A stretch of 63,315 nt of DNA, counting the filler, from Intoshia linei (lineage: Eukaryota > Animalia > Orthonectida): NCBI GenBank assembly GCA_001642005.1. It is 6 parts of 6 records of this genome, joined end to end, with 100 filler letters (N's around TTAATTAATTAA, not from the genome) between each part and the next. Parts side by side here need not be neighbours in the genome. Positions count along the whole stretch, not along the records: positions 1 to 17,282 come from LWCA01000810.1; 5 more parts are not named here. One strand, written 5' to 3'. This document shows, piece after piece, positions 1 to 15,168 of this stretch. Below the pieces are notes generated by a model. That model saw only the letters and a list, made by a program, of their open reading frames with translations, did not search any database and was not told where the DNA came from. A program made the position numbers and the translations under genes. How positions within the stretch are numbered: the first letter of the stretch is position 1; the number at the start of each line of letters is the position of its first letter.

Positions 1-835
1 TTGTGTTATGTATTCTAACCAAATTTCTATCTTCGCGGCAGTCCGATAACCGTTTTCGACCCGTTCTTGTCACTTTCCCTTCCCTTCATCATTTAATTTT
101 TTGATTAAATTTAATTTACATTGATTCAATTCCTTAGATCCAATGGAGCCAGATGAAAACTATAAATTTAATGATTAATTAATCCAAATTAACTGGTAGT
201 GTTGACATACTTTTGAATCGTCCATTTGATAAATTTAAAAATAAACAAAAACATGACTTTTTATATTTATTATTTTAAGTATATCCATAGCTATTATGGA
301 CATCAAAATGAAATGAAAAAATGCAATTAGTTTTATTTATAAATTAATGAAAGTATAAAATACATAAGTATTTTCTAGGTGTTGACGTAATTATGAAACT
401 GACTGTAACTAATTAATATATTTGGTGCCGACGAAACTATTAAAATTATAAAATGTGTTCATCTGTCATAAAGGTTGAAGGTCCTCATCGAGGACCCTTT
501 TTGACCCTAGAAGTCACACGATTTTTTGAAATTATAATGAATGATTCAGCAGGAAACAGTTTTCCCTTTTATTAACGAATCGAAACTGTATTTCAATTTA
601 AATTTAATTAATTAGATGTTATCCATATGCATCCAATGCGTCAAAACACATATGAAGAATAAAAATATATCAAAAAGTAATTTATTTTTGTCAGGGTTTC
701 ACAAAACTGACTTGACTGTTTCGAACTGAAATTATGCATTGATGTATTTTTTAAGAGGTGAAGCGTAATACTTTGATAATGCATTGAAAAAACTGAATAT
801 CAGCAGAAATTTTAATATTTTGACATTGTGACGAG

Positions 836-1590
836 CAGGAATTGGAAATAATTGATTGCAATCAATTAATTTGTATAAACCAATTAATTGTTTGCTAAAT
901 ATTAATTTTTCAATTAATTAATTTTTTTGCAATTGAAAAATGAAAAGATAATTTTCAATTAATTTGTTTTTTCATATAACTAAAAAAATATAAATTGAAT
1001 CCTTTTATTGACGAATGATTGAATGAAAAAATTATTTAAATTTTTTGATGTAGTTCAAAAATTGCAATATTAAGGTGTCAAGTTGATACTGTCAACACTC
1101 GTTGTAGCGTATCACACTCCCACCACGTTTTATTTATATCCAGAAACAATTTTATTTCCAAATTAGAAGAAAGAAATAAAATAAATAATATGAAAATATT
1201 TTCTAAATACTATTTTGCAAATAAAATATAATGCAACTAAAATAGTCTGACACTGTATAATAAAATATTAACAACTTTTCATTTATTCTATGCAATTTTA
1301 AAAAAATAGAAACGTCTTTGTCACCAGAAAAATGATGTATTTAACCTACTACCTTGACTTTTATGTACTTCGAACAAATAGCATCGTAGTATTCGTTATA
1401 ACCACATAACAGTTTTTTAAAAATAATTATGATATTGTGAGCAATCTTCAATGGATTGAAATTTTTTATTTGTTATAAAACAATTAATTGAAAAATAATT
1501 TTTGAACAAACAATTTATTGATTATTTTTTAATAATTTTTACCAATTAATTGCAATTAAATTGGTTGCAATCAATCAATTCCAATCCCTG
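836..1590. mobile_element. Non-autonomous hAT-type MITE
   Basis: Imperfect TIRs CAGGAATTGGAAATAATTGATTGCAATCAATT / AATTGGTTGCAATCAATCAATTCCAATCCCTG, flanked by 8-bp TSD GTGACGAG (828-835) / GCGACGAG (1591-1598). Confidence 0.8.
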
Positions 1591-3482
1591 GCGACGAGAA
1601 CGTTTTCAGCAACGCTATCCATACATCAGGGTAAGTGGATAAATTCCATGGATTTCTATTTTAGGTTCTTTTCAGATCGTTAATCAGTTTTTATGGGTAA
1701 TATACATTTTATTTATTGGGTAGCCTTGGTCGCCGAACGTTTTTGCACCTTCGTGGGTCATGCGTTTGAGTGATATCGATAAGTTTAATTTGAAATGTAG
1801 TGCACTTATAAATTATTTTTATTTAGATTTTGAATTAAAGCAACATCGAGTGAATATTGTTTGCAAATCATTTTTTTTTATTACATACCTGACGAAATTT
1901 GAAAATTACAAAAATTTATTGTCTAAGCAAAATTTATTTGATTTTGTTATTATAACCAAGTTGGTTGCTGAAATGTGCCAAAAGGAACCGCAATTATATC
2001 AAATTAATCCATATTTGTGTAAGGTTTTATATAATTTGATATAAAGGTTTCTTTTAATTATTTTAATTAACCTTATCAATTTTATCATTATACCTATACT
2101 AGCTTGTCTGTAATGTACAATCCTTATGTAGGTAGTTCGAAATTAGTATGAAGTCGTAAAAATCCATAATGTATTCGAATCATGTATCTAATCTTTAGAA
2201 TGTTAGAAAACAATTACAATTATATAAAAGTTCCCAACATTTTTGTCTGAAGCATACACTTTTTCAATAAAAATTAAACAGATTAACATGCATCAGAGTT
2301 CCGTGTGTAACTGTTAGTCGTAACTGTAAGAGTTCTGGTATTAACACCATAACATGATTTTATTTTGCAATATTTTTTGGTTTTGATGCTATTCATTTTT
2401 AACAGGGGTTTGTAATATTTTGTAGATCCTATTTTATCCTTTAGATTTGGAAAATGTATGTGTATATTTTTATTTTAACCGGTTGATAATAATAGTTTTA
2501 TCTAGATTTTGAATTAAATGCATCTGATTGTAGCCGCATATAATAATTAATTATAATAATGACTAGTTTAGTTGTTTTGTACTTCGTATACACAACACCT
2601 AGATCTTCCGAGGGCGTAAAATTTTATATCGATTAATTATTTAGCGGGATTCGTAAAAGTTGAAAATATTTAAATGTCTATGAGTGTAACCATTTATTGA
2701 GAAAACGGACAGTCCCAGAAATTTCAAAAACAAAAATACTAAATCGTTATTTTTCTTTGCAGAAATTAAGATTTAATTCAAAAATTGATATAATCACACC
2801 CAAAACGCCAAATTACACATTATTTTGAAAAATAAAAAAATGAAGTCTTAGAATTTAAATTGTTTTCAACATTACAAAATTAGGATCTACGGTCAAAAAA
2901 CAATTCATCCATCAAAATTTATTTATTGAAAAGTTTTAACAACCGAACCTACCCGAGGCCTTTTTTATTTACATTTAAATAATGCATACATAATTTTCCC
3001 CTCTAAGCTAAGGCGGTTATTAATTGTTTTTCTTCAATACTCAGGTCTCTTATTGCTGTAAAATCAGAAGATAGCTATGTTTTAATTAATAAATAAATCT
3101 AAATATATACTTTGTTGACATACTTTTGACGTGGTCATTTGATAAAATTTAAAAAAAGTTTAATTTGCTTTTGATGTAATAGATTAAAAAAATTATAGAA
3201 ACGTGGTTTTTAATTTAAATTGAGATAAAAACATACATTGCTATAATATACATAAAAGTAAAATTAAAAATTTCAATTTTAAATATGAGTTATTATAAAA
3301 AGTAAAAATTTGTCAAAAAAAATAAGTTTGTTTGACATAATTTTGACGTTGACTGTATATATTTTTAAAACGGGATTTTCTCGTATTCTACATCGAAAAA
3401 ATTGATTTTATTGACTAAAATTCGCCCTAGTTATAACATGCACAATATAAGGTACATTACATTGAGGTATAATATAAAGTAA

Positions 3483-3830
3483 CTAGATTGACAGTTATGT
3501 ACTAGCACTGCCTAGGGCACATTTTTATTCTACAAAAAAAAAATTTATGTTGAAAATTTAACTTAAAAATGCTACTATTCACTATTATCAATTCTTTAAA
3601 GGAGTGACTCCCAAACTTGTTTTAGGTGAAACCATCATATCACATTACTTTTTACTTTAAAGTGAATTATTCCATGTTAATTTTGTTTTGTTAACATTTG
3701 CGTAAAGAATTTTAAAAACAATTTTTATCCCATTTTTTTAATTTATTAGACAGAATGTGTGTAGAATATTAAAAATAAAGTAAAAAGAGTCCAATCCTAA
3801 AAATTTTTATAACTAATCACAATATTTTCT
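3483..3830 (-). mobile_element. 3' portion of non-autonomous Helitron family
   Basis: Reverse-complement similarity to the 3' part of the 58959-60314 element, ending in CTAG|T at 3483. Inner boundary approximate. Confidence 0.6.
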
Positions 3831-5017
3831 AACCAAAGTAAAATGCATTATGTGGAAGTTACTTAAGTAATAGTTTAGGTTTGATTGTTATTTATCATTT
3901 AAAAGTAAATTTAAAAAAAAAGCATTTCATTTGTATTACAAAATTTTACAAATACACATGTACATTATTTTCTTAAAAATAATGGTTCAATTTGTTACAA
4001 TTTACCAGTTGACTTTAATATGAACAATTTTTCTTAAAGAATTTTTTCATACACATGCATGAAAAAATACTGATAATGAAAAACTAATATAAATTACATA
4101 TTTTTAGATCACATTAATTACATTTTGCTTTCACATTTAAAAAACGTCATTTTTGAATTTTAGTAGAATCGTTTCGTAACTTTTTTACTTAAAATTTGAT
4201 ATGATTTTAAAAACTTTTACAAAATGAAATCTGAGAATATTTTGATATTTCAATTTGTATCAATATTAAATGATTCTGTATTTACAAAATATGTGCGACG
4301 TGCAATGTACCTGTTTGGTTAAAATGCTCTGCCGTTATTTATTTTCCGTGACGGAAAAGACACTTGACACAAAATCATGGATTACCTTTTAGATTTGTAC
4401 CGGGATGTGAATTTGTCTTATTATTGAAGATAATTGTTTCCAAAAAAATTACGTATTATCTCTTTATATCACATGGACCCTGCAGATGGCACTTTGGATA
4501 CTGTCTCATAATACTTGCAAAATGATAAATTTGCATTTCTAAATTATACATATATTTTCTTATTATCTGTTTATAATTTATTTAGAATATTTAGATAGAG
4601 CTTTAGAAGATTATGCAATGGAATAGTTGTTTGTTTTATAATAAATATTTTATTTTTTAGTATATTTGTAAGTGACCTTCATCTATGACCACAATAATTG
4701 TAAATTCGGATTTTAGCGTGGAAAACAAACGAGAAGTCAAATATAAAAAGTATATTATGATACTATTGTGTGTTTTTACAACCCCAATAGGAGGTAATTA
4801 GAATTTTTTGTTTTTTGTAATGAAATTTTAGGTGGAATTTATTATTACATTCACCAAAAATCTAAAAAATAATTTGTATCAATTTATTGTAATAAATTTA
4901 TATATCCATATGTCAATATTCGAAAATGTGTAAAATAAATATACCATCATATGCGCCATGCACGGCTATGTATATTTACTGAAAATTCTATGCAAACACA
5001 GATTTTGTTTAATTTTC

Positions 5018-5027
5018 CCAAATAAGG
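5018..5027 (+). promoter_or_regulatory. CArG box (SRF site) in actin promoter
   Basis: CCAAATAAGG is a perfect CC(A/T)6GG about 135 bp upstream of the actin ATG; SRF/CArG control of actin genes is well established. Confidence 0.65.
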
Positions 5028-5147
5028 AATAGAACGAATAAATAGACAGATGAATAGTGTAACTAGCTGTCAAAAATATTTCATTTACGAGAAAATCTGC
5101 TAGCATTCGCAACTAAAATTTTTTAATTTTCTAAAACATTTATATAA

Positions 5148-6409
<1,262 letters not shown>

Positions 6410-6441
6410 ATTAACGGAGTTATAAACTTTTGAATTAAAAT

Positions 6442-9400
6442 TTAATTAAAGTCATCTACACTATTTGATTTGGATTCAGAGTTATTCTTTTTCGTCGATT
6501 CAGATGATTTCGATGAGCCAGAACTGCGATAAGACTGTATCGAAGAATCGCCACTTTTAATTGAGCTTGACATTGAAGTTATCGACAGTGTGTCTTTTTG
6601 TGTCTCCAGCTAAATAAAATTTGTTTACAAATTTAAAATTACAAAAATAAAAACCGTTCTGAATAGTTCATCAAAGTGTTGGGTAAGTTTAGGAAATTCA
6701 CTTGTCAAAGATTGTATCATTTTTACAATTTCTTTTAATTTTCTTTTATTGTATCTGTAATCTATTTCATTGTGATAAAAATTACTTTCGAATGTTAAAT
6801 TATTTTCCTTTAGAAAATTTTCACCCGTGATTTTGTTTATAATTTTTTTGCAAATGTCATTTGCTCGTTCAATCTTTTTGTCAGTTTCTAATACTTTTAA
6901 TACCAATTCTTCACTGTTAGCTTCTTTATCCTTTAGTTTATTTAATGTCGTGTTGAAATCTAGACTCAATTTTTCCAATGCTAGTTCCATTGATCTAATG
7001 TTATTTTTTCTGTCTTTTAATTGGTAGGTACGCACTTTATTCTTTTCCAATAATGTGTGATATTTTTGGTCCAATTTATTTTGCTCCAAAGTTTCAGAAT
7101 CTATTTATTATTACATCAATGCATAAGGGGTCTAATTTTTTAATTTTTACATTTTTAACTTTTTTTTGTGATAAAATCCCCTTTGTCAATTATCAAATGT
7201 TGGTGGCCTCTATAAACTTAAAATAAATTTGACATTAAAAAAATAAATGTATTCAAATTATATTTTTTAGGGTTTGCGACGGAAAAAAATACCTTTTAGG
7301 TATACAGTGACATACCTACTATACCGACACACCTTTTCGGTCTAGACTCTAGACGAATTTTTAATTTAATAATTTTATTTCTTCAGATCCCTGAAAAAAA
7401 ACGCCACTTTTTTATATAATTTTTATAAATATTACCATATTTATTAACAACATTAAAACATTTTCTGAAAATTTCATTTTTTCCATTAACTAAATTCAAC
7501 GTGTTTTGCAGTGCTGTTATTTCCAAAGTTGTTTTATTTATTTTTGATTCCAAATCATCTCCTAGTTTTTGAACTTCTTCTTTTTCTTGAGCTGCCTAAT
7601 TTGGTCATATAATTCAGCGTTTCCTATCACTGGTCCGAGGACCAATACCAATGCATCATAAGAATAAAAATAACTTTGAAAAATATTATTAAAAATTTTT
7701 TATTCTTATCATGATTAGTGACCGCAAAAGTTCTGAAATAAGGTTTAGCTCTCAAAGCATTTGCTGGATCACCATGATATACAATCTGTGTACTATAAAA
7801 AACTAACCTTTATAATATAATAAGCTTGCGAACATTCTTCTTTTCCTTCAGGTGGAGCCATCGATATTGTTAATATTTCATATCTACAAAGTTAAACATT
7901 TTAAATTTATATTTTACCTTCGTTTTAGTTTATCAATAGTATTGCGTCTATCATGTAATTCAGCAGTGACTTGTGATTTTTCAGCTTCAGCAGATTTTAT
8001 TAGTGAATTTAACATTTGTTTATGTAATTCAATTTCATTTCTACGTTCTTTTGATGCAGTGTCCAATTGAAGTTTAAGGCATTTTAAATTTGTCACCTTG
8101 CTGCTTTGACCATCCAAAATTTTTTCCAATTTTTTTAATTCTAGTCGCAGTAAATTGTCCTTTACAATATTATCCTAAAAATAAGACATTCAAATTAAAA
8201 TTGATGAAATAGCTCAGAAAATTTTATAAGTAGATAATATAGATTACAGGGTTAACAAATCTTGCACTAAAATATTTTAATTTGTCTATTAAAATTAAAA
8301 AAAAGGGATAAAAGGACCATCAAATTGTGTTCAGTACATTTGTTGTAGTTTTAGATTAAAATTTTGTATTTAAATTTAGTTATTTTAAATTTTTTGAAAA
8401 CAAATATTTGAGAATTTAAAATTGCGTAGCAATGAAAAAAAATCTGAAGGAATTAATCATATAGATTTTTTTACCCATATTTCTTTATTAGAAATGTATA
8501 GATATTCAATACACATTTTTTCTTGAAATTGTAGGATGATTATTTACTTTTGTCATTTTTAATTTTAAATTATAAAATTTAATCCAATATTTGAAAAATA
8601 TTAGTTGATAATACATTAAAAATTATTTTTCACCGGGAATGCGTCGATTTCTGGGGTTGAAATTTCGTATTTATATCAACTGGAATAAGCTCTATCAGAA
8701 TAATTTTTTTTTTCATTTTCGGACACTTAATTTAATTTCACATTTCTGTTTGCATATTATAAATATTTTGGAAAAAATATATATCAAAACTAAAATGCAA
8801 TTTTGACCATGAAAGCGTCACTTATTCAGATTGAAATTTTTGGTGTGTGTTAACAGGATATAACTGTACCGCCTGTAATTTTTTTAAATTCTAGGGCTAA
8901 ATGATATTTCATTCAAAAAAATGGTAATTTGTGGTTTTGACCCTGAAATTATATTTTTTTTAAAATTAAATTTATGATAATATTTATGATTTTAAAATCC
9001 GTATCAGAGTATATATTTTTTTAATTTTCCAACTCGTTTAATTTTCAAAAGAAAATGACAATTGGGGTTTTTACCCCATAAGATGTGAGTTTGGGAGGTT
9101 GAAATTCATTTTATTATATTCGCCATATTTATTATTATATCATATTATATCATATAATTGAAATGTGGACTTTATAAAATTCTAAGATTTAATAATTATT
9201 AAAATAAACAATAACACACAGACACACACACAAACAAATATTGTGTAGCATGTTATATAAGTAAGGATAATTATATAAGTTTGAGAGCCACTCCTTTAAA
9301 AGATTTATAATAGTGAATAGTAGCATTTTTAAGTAAAATTATTATAGAATTTATTTTTCGGTAGAATTAAAAAAGTCCGCCCTCCGTAGAGCTAGTAGCT

Positions 9401-12400
9401 ATTTGTACAAAGTACAAAACAGTCAAACTAGTATCTTATATTTTTGGTAAACCTTACTTCTGTTTCAGATTTGACTTTATCCAATTCATTCATTGCATTT
9501 TGATTATTTAAATCAAATCCATCAATTTTAGAATTAAAGTCATTGAGTTTATTGTCACAAATTTCTGTTTCTCGTTTAATTCGTCTTACATCATTCTGCC
9601 ATGTAAATGTAAAATTTATAAATATTAAATGATTTATACCCTCAATTTTTGAATGACTTTATTTAATTTTGATCGAGAATCCTTTTTTGATTTTAGTTCA
9701 TCTTTCAAATCTTTTATCTTTTCTTCTAAAACTACTTTTTCTTCATTTTTAGTTTCTCCTTGTAATCTAGCTATTCTCTGTTCCAAGTGTTGTATTGTGA
9801 AATCCTAATATTTAATAATTTTAGTAAATTCAATAATCCTCGTTTGTTATATGTGTTGGTTCAATGTAGGTATCATTAAAGTAGATATCAATAAAAAGTA
9901 GAAAATTCCAATAAATCGTTGTCAATATGGTAAATTAATGTGAATAATAATATTGAGGCATTAGGTTTTATATCATTGACTGTTACATGAAAATCTTAGT
10001 CTTCTCACTTACATCAGATTAGATTTTATTTATTCTATTCAGTGAATTCTGTAAACTTTCGCCCTCGGCGTATCAAACAGGTTAAACTGGTTAAACAGCT
10101 TTGAGGTAGGTTCAATATAAATTTATAATTTGTATATTTTATACCTGATTATAAATTATTTCTTGTTGTCGTATAATATTTTCTTCAGTCTTTTTAACTT
10201 GACTATTTAAAGATCGTAGTGCAGCTTGACTATTCTATCATTAATTAAAATTAAGTTACATGTAAATGTAATCAAACCTCTATATTAGCCACTAAATTAC
10301 TTTTATTTCGCTGTGCTTTATTTTTTTGATCAATTTTGATAAACCTACTACTATTTATCACTTTTAAAGTATTATTTGTCTTGTTATATTTGTTGATAGA
10401 ATCATCCAAAATTTTTTTGATACGTACCAATTCTGCTTCAGCAGATAAAGTGTCATTTTTGATGTTATCAAATTCAACATTTAAATAATTTTTTTGTTCT
10501 TTAATGTCTTCCAAATGTCCCGTTTTTTTGAGTATTTCTGCTTTTTTCAATTTGTTATTTTTTCTAGACATTTCCAAATCATTGGCTGCTCTATCAAAGG
10601 TTCTTTTCAAAGTTTGCAGCTATTAATTCAATTATTAATATTCATTAACTTCGTAAAAATTACCTCACTAGTGAATCGATCTCTTTTATCTTCTTCTTGG
10701 TGTAATTCAAATTTTAAATTAGTGACCAAACGATCCAGTGCATTAATCTTGTTTTGTTTCTCAGTGTTATTACATTTCTCGTTGGTGTTGAAAGCAGATT
10801 TATTAGACACTGATAAGCTCAGAATTTCAATCTTAGATTTTGAGGCATCAAGTAGTTTAACTACGTCTCTTATATGTTCATCTCTTTTGTGCATTTGCTT
10901 GATGGCCTCTTCCCAATGATCCAATAAACGTTGTCTTTCTGAATGCGATAATCTAAATTGCCGACTACATTTCTCTAGTTCAGATTCAATGTTTTGTAAT
11001 TTGTTGGTTTTATCTGTCAAAATTGATTTTTTTTCAATTTCTGATAATGTCAATTTTTCTACTTCCATGGTCAATTCTTTAATTTTTGTTTCATCCATTT
11101 TAATATACTTTTCTAGGATTGATACATCTTCGTCTTTTCTCATCGATTCTTCTAACCATGCTTCCAAAACATTTTTATCCCAATTTAGTTTTGCTCGTTT
11201 AGATTCAATTTTTTTGTGTTGTAGGAATAGTTTGTTCTATTTAAATTTTAGAATTTAAAAATATTAAAAATTTTAATAAACCTCTAAATCATTTTTCGTT
11301 TCTCTGGAAAGTTCAATATTCATTTCTAGTTTCACCATTTCTTGTTTTATTCTACCTTCTTGACGTTCCGTGTTCATTATCATGCTTTTAATTGATTCTA
11401 AATCTTTTCTTCTCCCATCAATTAAATTCTGATTCAAGTTTTAATGTATATAATATTTAATATACCATTGTATGGATCAATTCTTGACTCACGTGTTTTC
11501 TTTGTTCGTCCATATTTTCTAAACGTTCTGATTCTCTCACACATTCATCTCTTATTTTTTGAAGTGCGATTTGTTTTTCTTGTAACTGTCGGATTAGATT
11601 AAATATTATCCTTTATTTATATAAAATTGAATGTCTGTGTGTATATTACCGTTTATATAAAAAACATAAATTCACCATCAGAACCCCAGACTACCCTTTT
11701 TTAAAACATGAAAATATTCTTAGAATTTTAAACAAAATTATAAATACAACTATATATAGTTAACATATACGAAAAATTCAATCTGACAAATTGATACCTT
11801 CTTAGTCAAAAGAGCACTTTGTTATTCATTTTTTTTATTTGGTAAACATATATAATTATAACTATTGTATAAAACAAAAAATTTCTAATAATTATAATTA
11901 ATGATCCTAGAATTTAAAAAAAAATTATTTTTATAAATCTTATTTAATTTGATATACATTTGATATGTAGATATAACATTTAAATCCCAGAAATGGATGA
12001 ATTACCGGTCAAAACTAACTTGTAATTATATTATTAGCCAATATTTTTCAAATTTTTAAATTTAAATTCAAAATGAAAATATTTATCCTACAATTTCAAA
12101 AAAATGTTTATTGAAGGTCTTAAGTGATCACTGTTCACATTTCTAATAAAGAAATAGATAAACACTGTAAATTTCATAAAATTTATAATAAATCATTATA
12201 TAATTCATAAATCAATCATTACTTATATATACAATGTATATATAAGTATGTATATTATACATATATATGTAGTAAAATGGTTAAAAATGTATGTCTATTT
12301 ATTTATTCCAGTTTATTTAAGAAAGTAAAGGGAGTCGAGTTTTAAAAATTCCATATTCTTATAACAGTTTTTCCAGAATAATGTTTTATACAAATTTCAA

Positions 12401-13336
12401 TTTCAGAAATTGAGTCGTTTAAGGTTAAAAACCCCAATTATCCTTTGTTTTTAAATTCAAATTCGTCCTAGAATTATAACAGTTAGACATTTTAATGAAA
12501 AGTTTTAAATTCATCAATATTATGATAATTTTCAATTTCAAAATCTTATATCTTCACGGCCAAAACCACAAATTACCCTTTATTATAAAAATTAAAAAAA
12601 AGTCTTATAATTTTATACAACATAAATTCTGGAATGGTTTTTAAATTCATAACCATAATCATAAATGGTAACCTCAAAAAAAGTAATTTTCACGGTCAAA
12701 AACCCAGATTACTCTTTTTTTAAAAATGAAAACAGGCCTAAAATTTAAAAAAAATTACGGATTATACAGTTATATCCAGTTAACACACTCAAAAAATTCA
12801 TCACACATTATTAAAAAATAAAATACATATAGTGAAATAGGGATAATTATCTCAACGCAATTAACATACAAGAAAAGCAATGCTGCACAGGTTTATTTAC
12901 AATTTTATTTTTTCTGGAATTTAAATTATTTATGACAATATTGAGGAATGTAATGTTTTTACTTTATTTTTAAGATTATACACTCATTCTCTCCAATAAT
13001 TTATATAAATAGAATCATAAAATTGTTTTTAAAATTTCCGACACAAATGTTAACAAAAAAAATTAAGTGGGAATAATTCACTTTAAATTAAAAGGTAATG
13101 TGAAATGACAAGTTTATGGTGAAAAAAAAATAATTCATTCTTCAGTTAGGTGACTAGAATTTCTAATGCTTTGTGCCAACAATTTTATTACATACATTTT
13201 TTTGTACATAGAATAGGTATATGAAACATACCTTTAATTCTAATTGACGATTTTCTTTATTAGCTACAGGAATTTGGTATTGTTGATTCCAGTCCATATT
13301 TTCTAGGACAGCATCAATTTGAATGCTTTGCACCAT
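6442..13336 (-). CDS. CCDC39: Coiled-coil domain-containing protein 39 (motile cilia 96-nm ruler), about 13 exons
   Basis: Exon 1 (13232-13336) [35 protein letters not shown] resembles the CCDC39 N-terminus (W...IPVANEEN); internal [33 protein letters not shown]; Ser-rich last exon ends DDFN* with TAA at 6442-6444. Confidence 0.9.
8240..9267 (-). mobile_element. Helitron copy (5' part) in CCDC39 intron
   Basis: Starts A|TCCTTACTTATATAAC...GTTTGTGTGTGTC on the minus strand; colinear with 58959-59850. Left boundary approximate. Confidence 0.7.
9280..9431 (+). mobile_element. Helitron 3' terminus fragment
   Basis: Hairpin TTTGTAC-AAA-GTACAAA about 10 nt before terminal CTAG|T. Confidence 0.65.
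11609..13110 (+). mobile_element. Composite Helitron-family sequence in CCDC39 intron 1
   Basis: Begins A|TCCTTTATTTATATAAAATTGAATGTCTGTGTG; blocks match the other family copies. Right boundary approximate. Confidence 0.6.
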
Positions 13337-13979
13337 GATTTATAATGTTAATCAATTTAATATATGCAATTAACAGAATATTTTTTTATATTTATAAATA
13401 TGGCTGTTTTGGATATATCACGGTAACTATTTAAATTTTCAAAATAATCAAAAATTATATATTTCAATAAAGACTGTATGCCGGTTATATCGAAATTTTT
13501 ATGATTCCATCTGAATAAATTTATGAATTTAAAATTTTGCACATTATAGAATATCGAAATATTGGACGCAACCCATAATTTTATTATTGTACATTTTATA
13601 TATGTTTGTAATATATAGTCAAGGAGAGTTAAATTTATCTAAAATATACAATGTAGATTATATGTCAATTTCAAATTGGGAATCACTATTCTCAATTTGA
13701 TTTGTAAACAATTTCTAATAATGTATGTGTACTATGGAGTCCTGATTTTTCGAAAATATGAAAAACCGGTTATCGAATAATTCCAATTATTTAAACAACA
13801 ATTATCCGATTAATCGGAATTTAAAATTTTTAACATATTAAAATAATAATTTTAATATAAAATGTTAATCTTTACAAATCTAGAAAATTTAAATAATAAT
13901 TGATGCCGCAAATATATTCGATCAATTGAATATAAAAATATAACAAATTTTTTTTAAAAATTTAGATATTTGAATTTTA

Positions 13980-14400
13980 ATAATAGTTGTGTAAAAAAAC
14001 TAAAGCATTGACAGTTGTATCACTTATTTTTGATGTAAATTTTGTGAGAAATCAACCACCTGTACTAAATAATCTTTCATTGTCAACCGTTGTTGGTTTT
14101 ATTGATAAAATTGCATTGTACAATAATTGAATATGCCCAGTTCTTTTATTTATTAACTCAAAAATTAAAAATTCTTTATTCATTTTTTTTAAAGAAAATT
14201 GTTTTAAAGAGTTAGATTCATATTTTGTTATATTTGCTTGATTAATAGTATTTTGAACTTTATCTTGAATTGATACATCACATATATTTTCACTTTCTAA
14301 ATTATCGTTGGATTGAGATTGAATTGAATCTAATGACACGATTAATTTGGATAAAATTAATTATTCCCAATTTTTTTGAGTTGATTGATTTACACTGCTC
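13980..14400 (-). pseudogene. hAT transposase C-terminal dimerisation domain relic
   Basis: ORF 14052-14339 ends LYNAILSIKPTTVDNERLFSTGG, like the hATC motif (LSIxPTSVxxERxFS). Confidence 0.65.
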
Positions 14401-14545
14401 CCGAGATAATCAAATTTAATCAATTTAAAATAATTTGAAATTTTAAGGAATTCACAAAGATGTAACAGAGATAATTCTTTCTAAATTTGATTCTGTTTCG
14501 TATAGCATATTGTCTAGCTACTAGACTCTAGCACATCGTCTAGAC

Positions 14546-15168
14546 CAGGGGTTCCCAAAGTTAGCGATATCGCCCCTTAGGGGGCGATTAATTCAGTTAG
14601 GGGGGAGGCGATTATAAAAACATAAATAGAAATTTTTTTAATATATTTCAGTATAGTAAAATTGATGCAGTACCAAATTTAAAATATAGTTCCATGTCAA
14701 AGTTCATTGATTGTTTTATTACATTTTAATTATTAATTACACACATTTATAACACACGTTTTATTGAAAAATTATAAAATTTTATTATAAAATAAATTAT
14801 ATATTCTATTTACAAGTGGTTATATTTTTTTTTGTACTTCATTTATTTATAGACAATATAGTTTTGTTCAAACAATTTGTAAAATGCAAAAATACAGTAT
14901 ACCCAAAAAAACGATTTTAAATGAATATAGTGGAGCGTTGATGAATTTTTTGGTTGTAAGGGGATATTTTTATAGCAAGTTTGGGATCCACTCATATAAA
15001 AAGTGACAGAAATAAATGTTATTTTTTAGTTATTAAATATCGACTTTGCACATACAGGGTAAATTTTTAAATATATATACCACGTAGTCGAAAAATTTTT
15101 TAGGTGGGCGTTGAGAAAATATATTGCTAAAAAGGGGGCGGTAGGCAAAATGAGTTTGGGAACCCCTG
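14546..15168. mobile_element. hAT (Charlie-like) MITE, 623 bp
   Basis: Perfect TIR CAGGGGTTCCCAAA / TTTGGGAACCCCTG; perfect 8-bp TSD GTCTAGAC (14538-14545, 15169-15176), matching the NTCTAGAN target preference of Charlie elements. Confidence 0.92.

Noticed and set aside
20-225. Possible first exons of a minus-strand gene (MDDSK|FSSGSIGSKELNQ|WKVTRTGRKRLSDCREDRNL)
   Set aside because: Plausible splice pattern but no recognisable homology, one atypical acceptor, and it leaves the window.
453-1760. Exon-like GC-richer patches on the plus strand around the first MITE
   Set aside because: I could not build a stop-free spliced frame.
13412-13426. X-box-like GTTACCGTGATAT (minus strand) upstream of CCDC39
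   Set aside because: Only one half site fits the RFX consensus.
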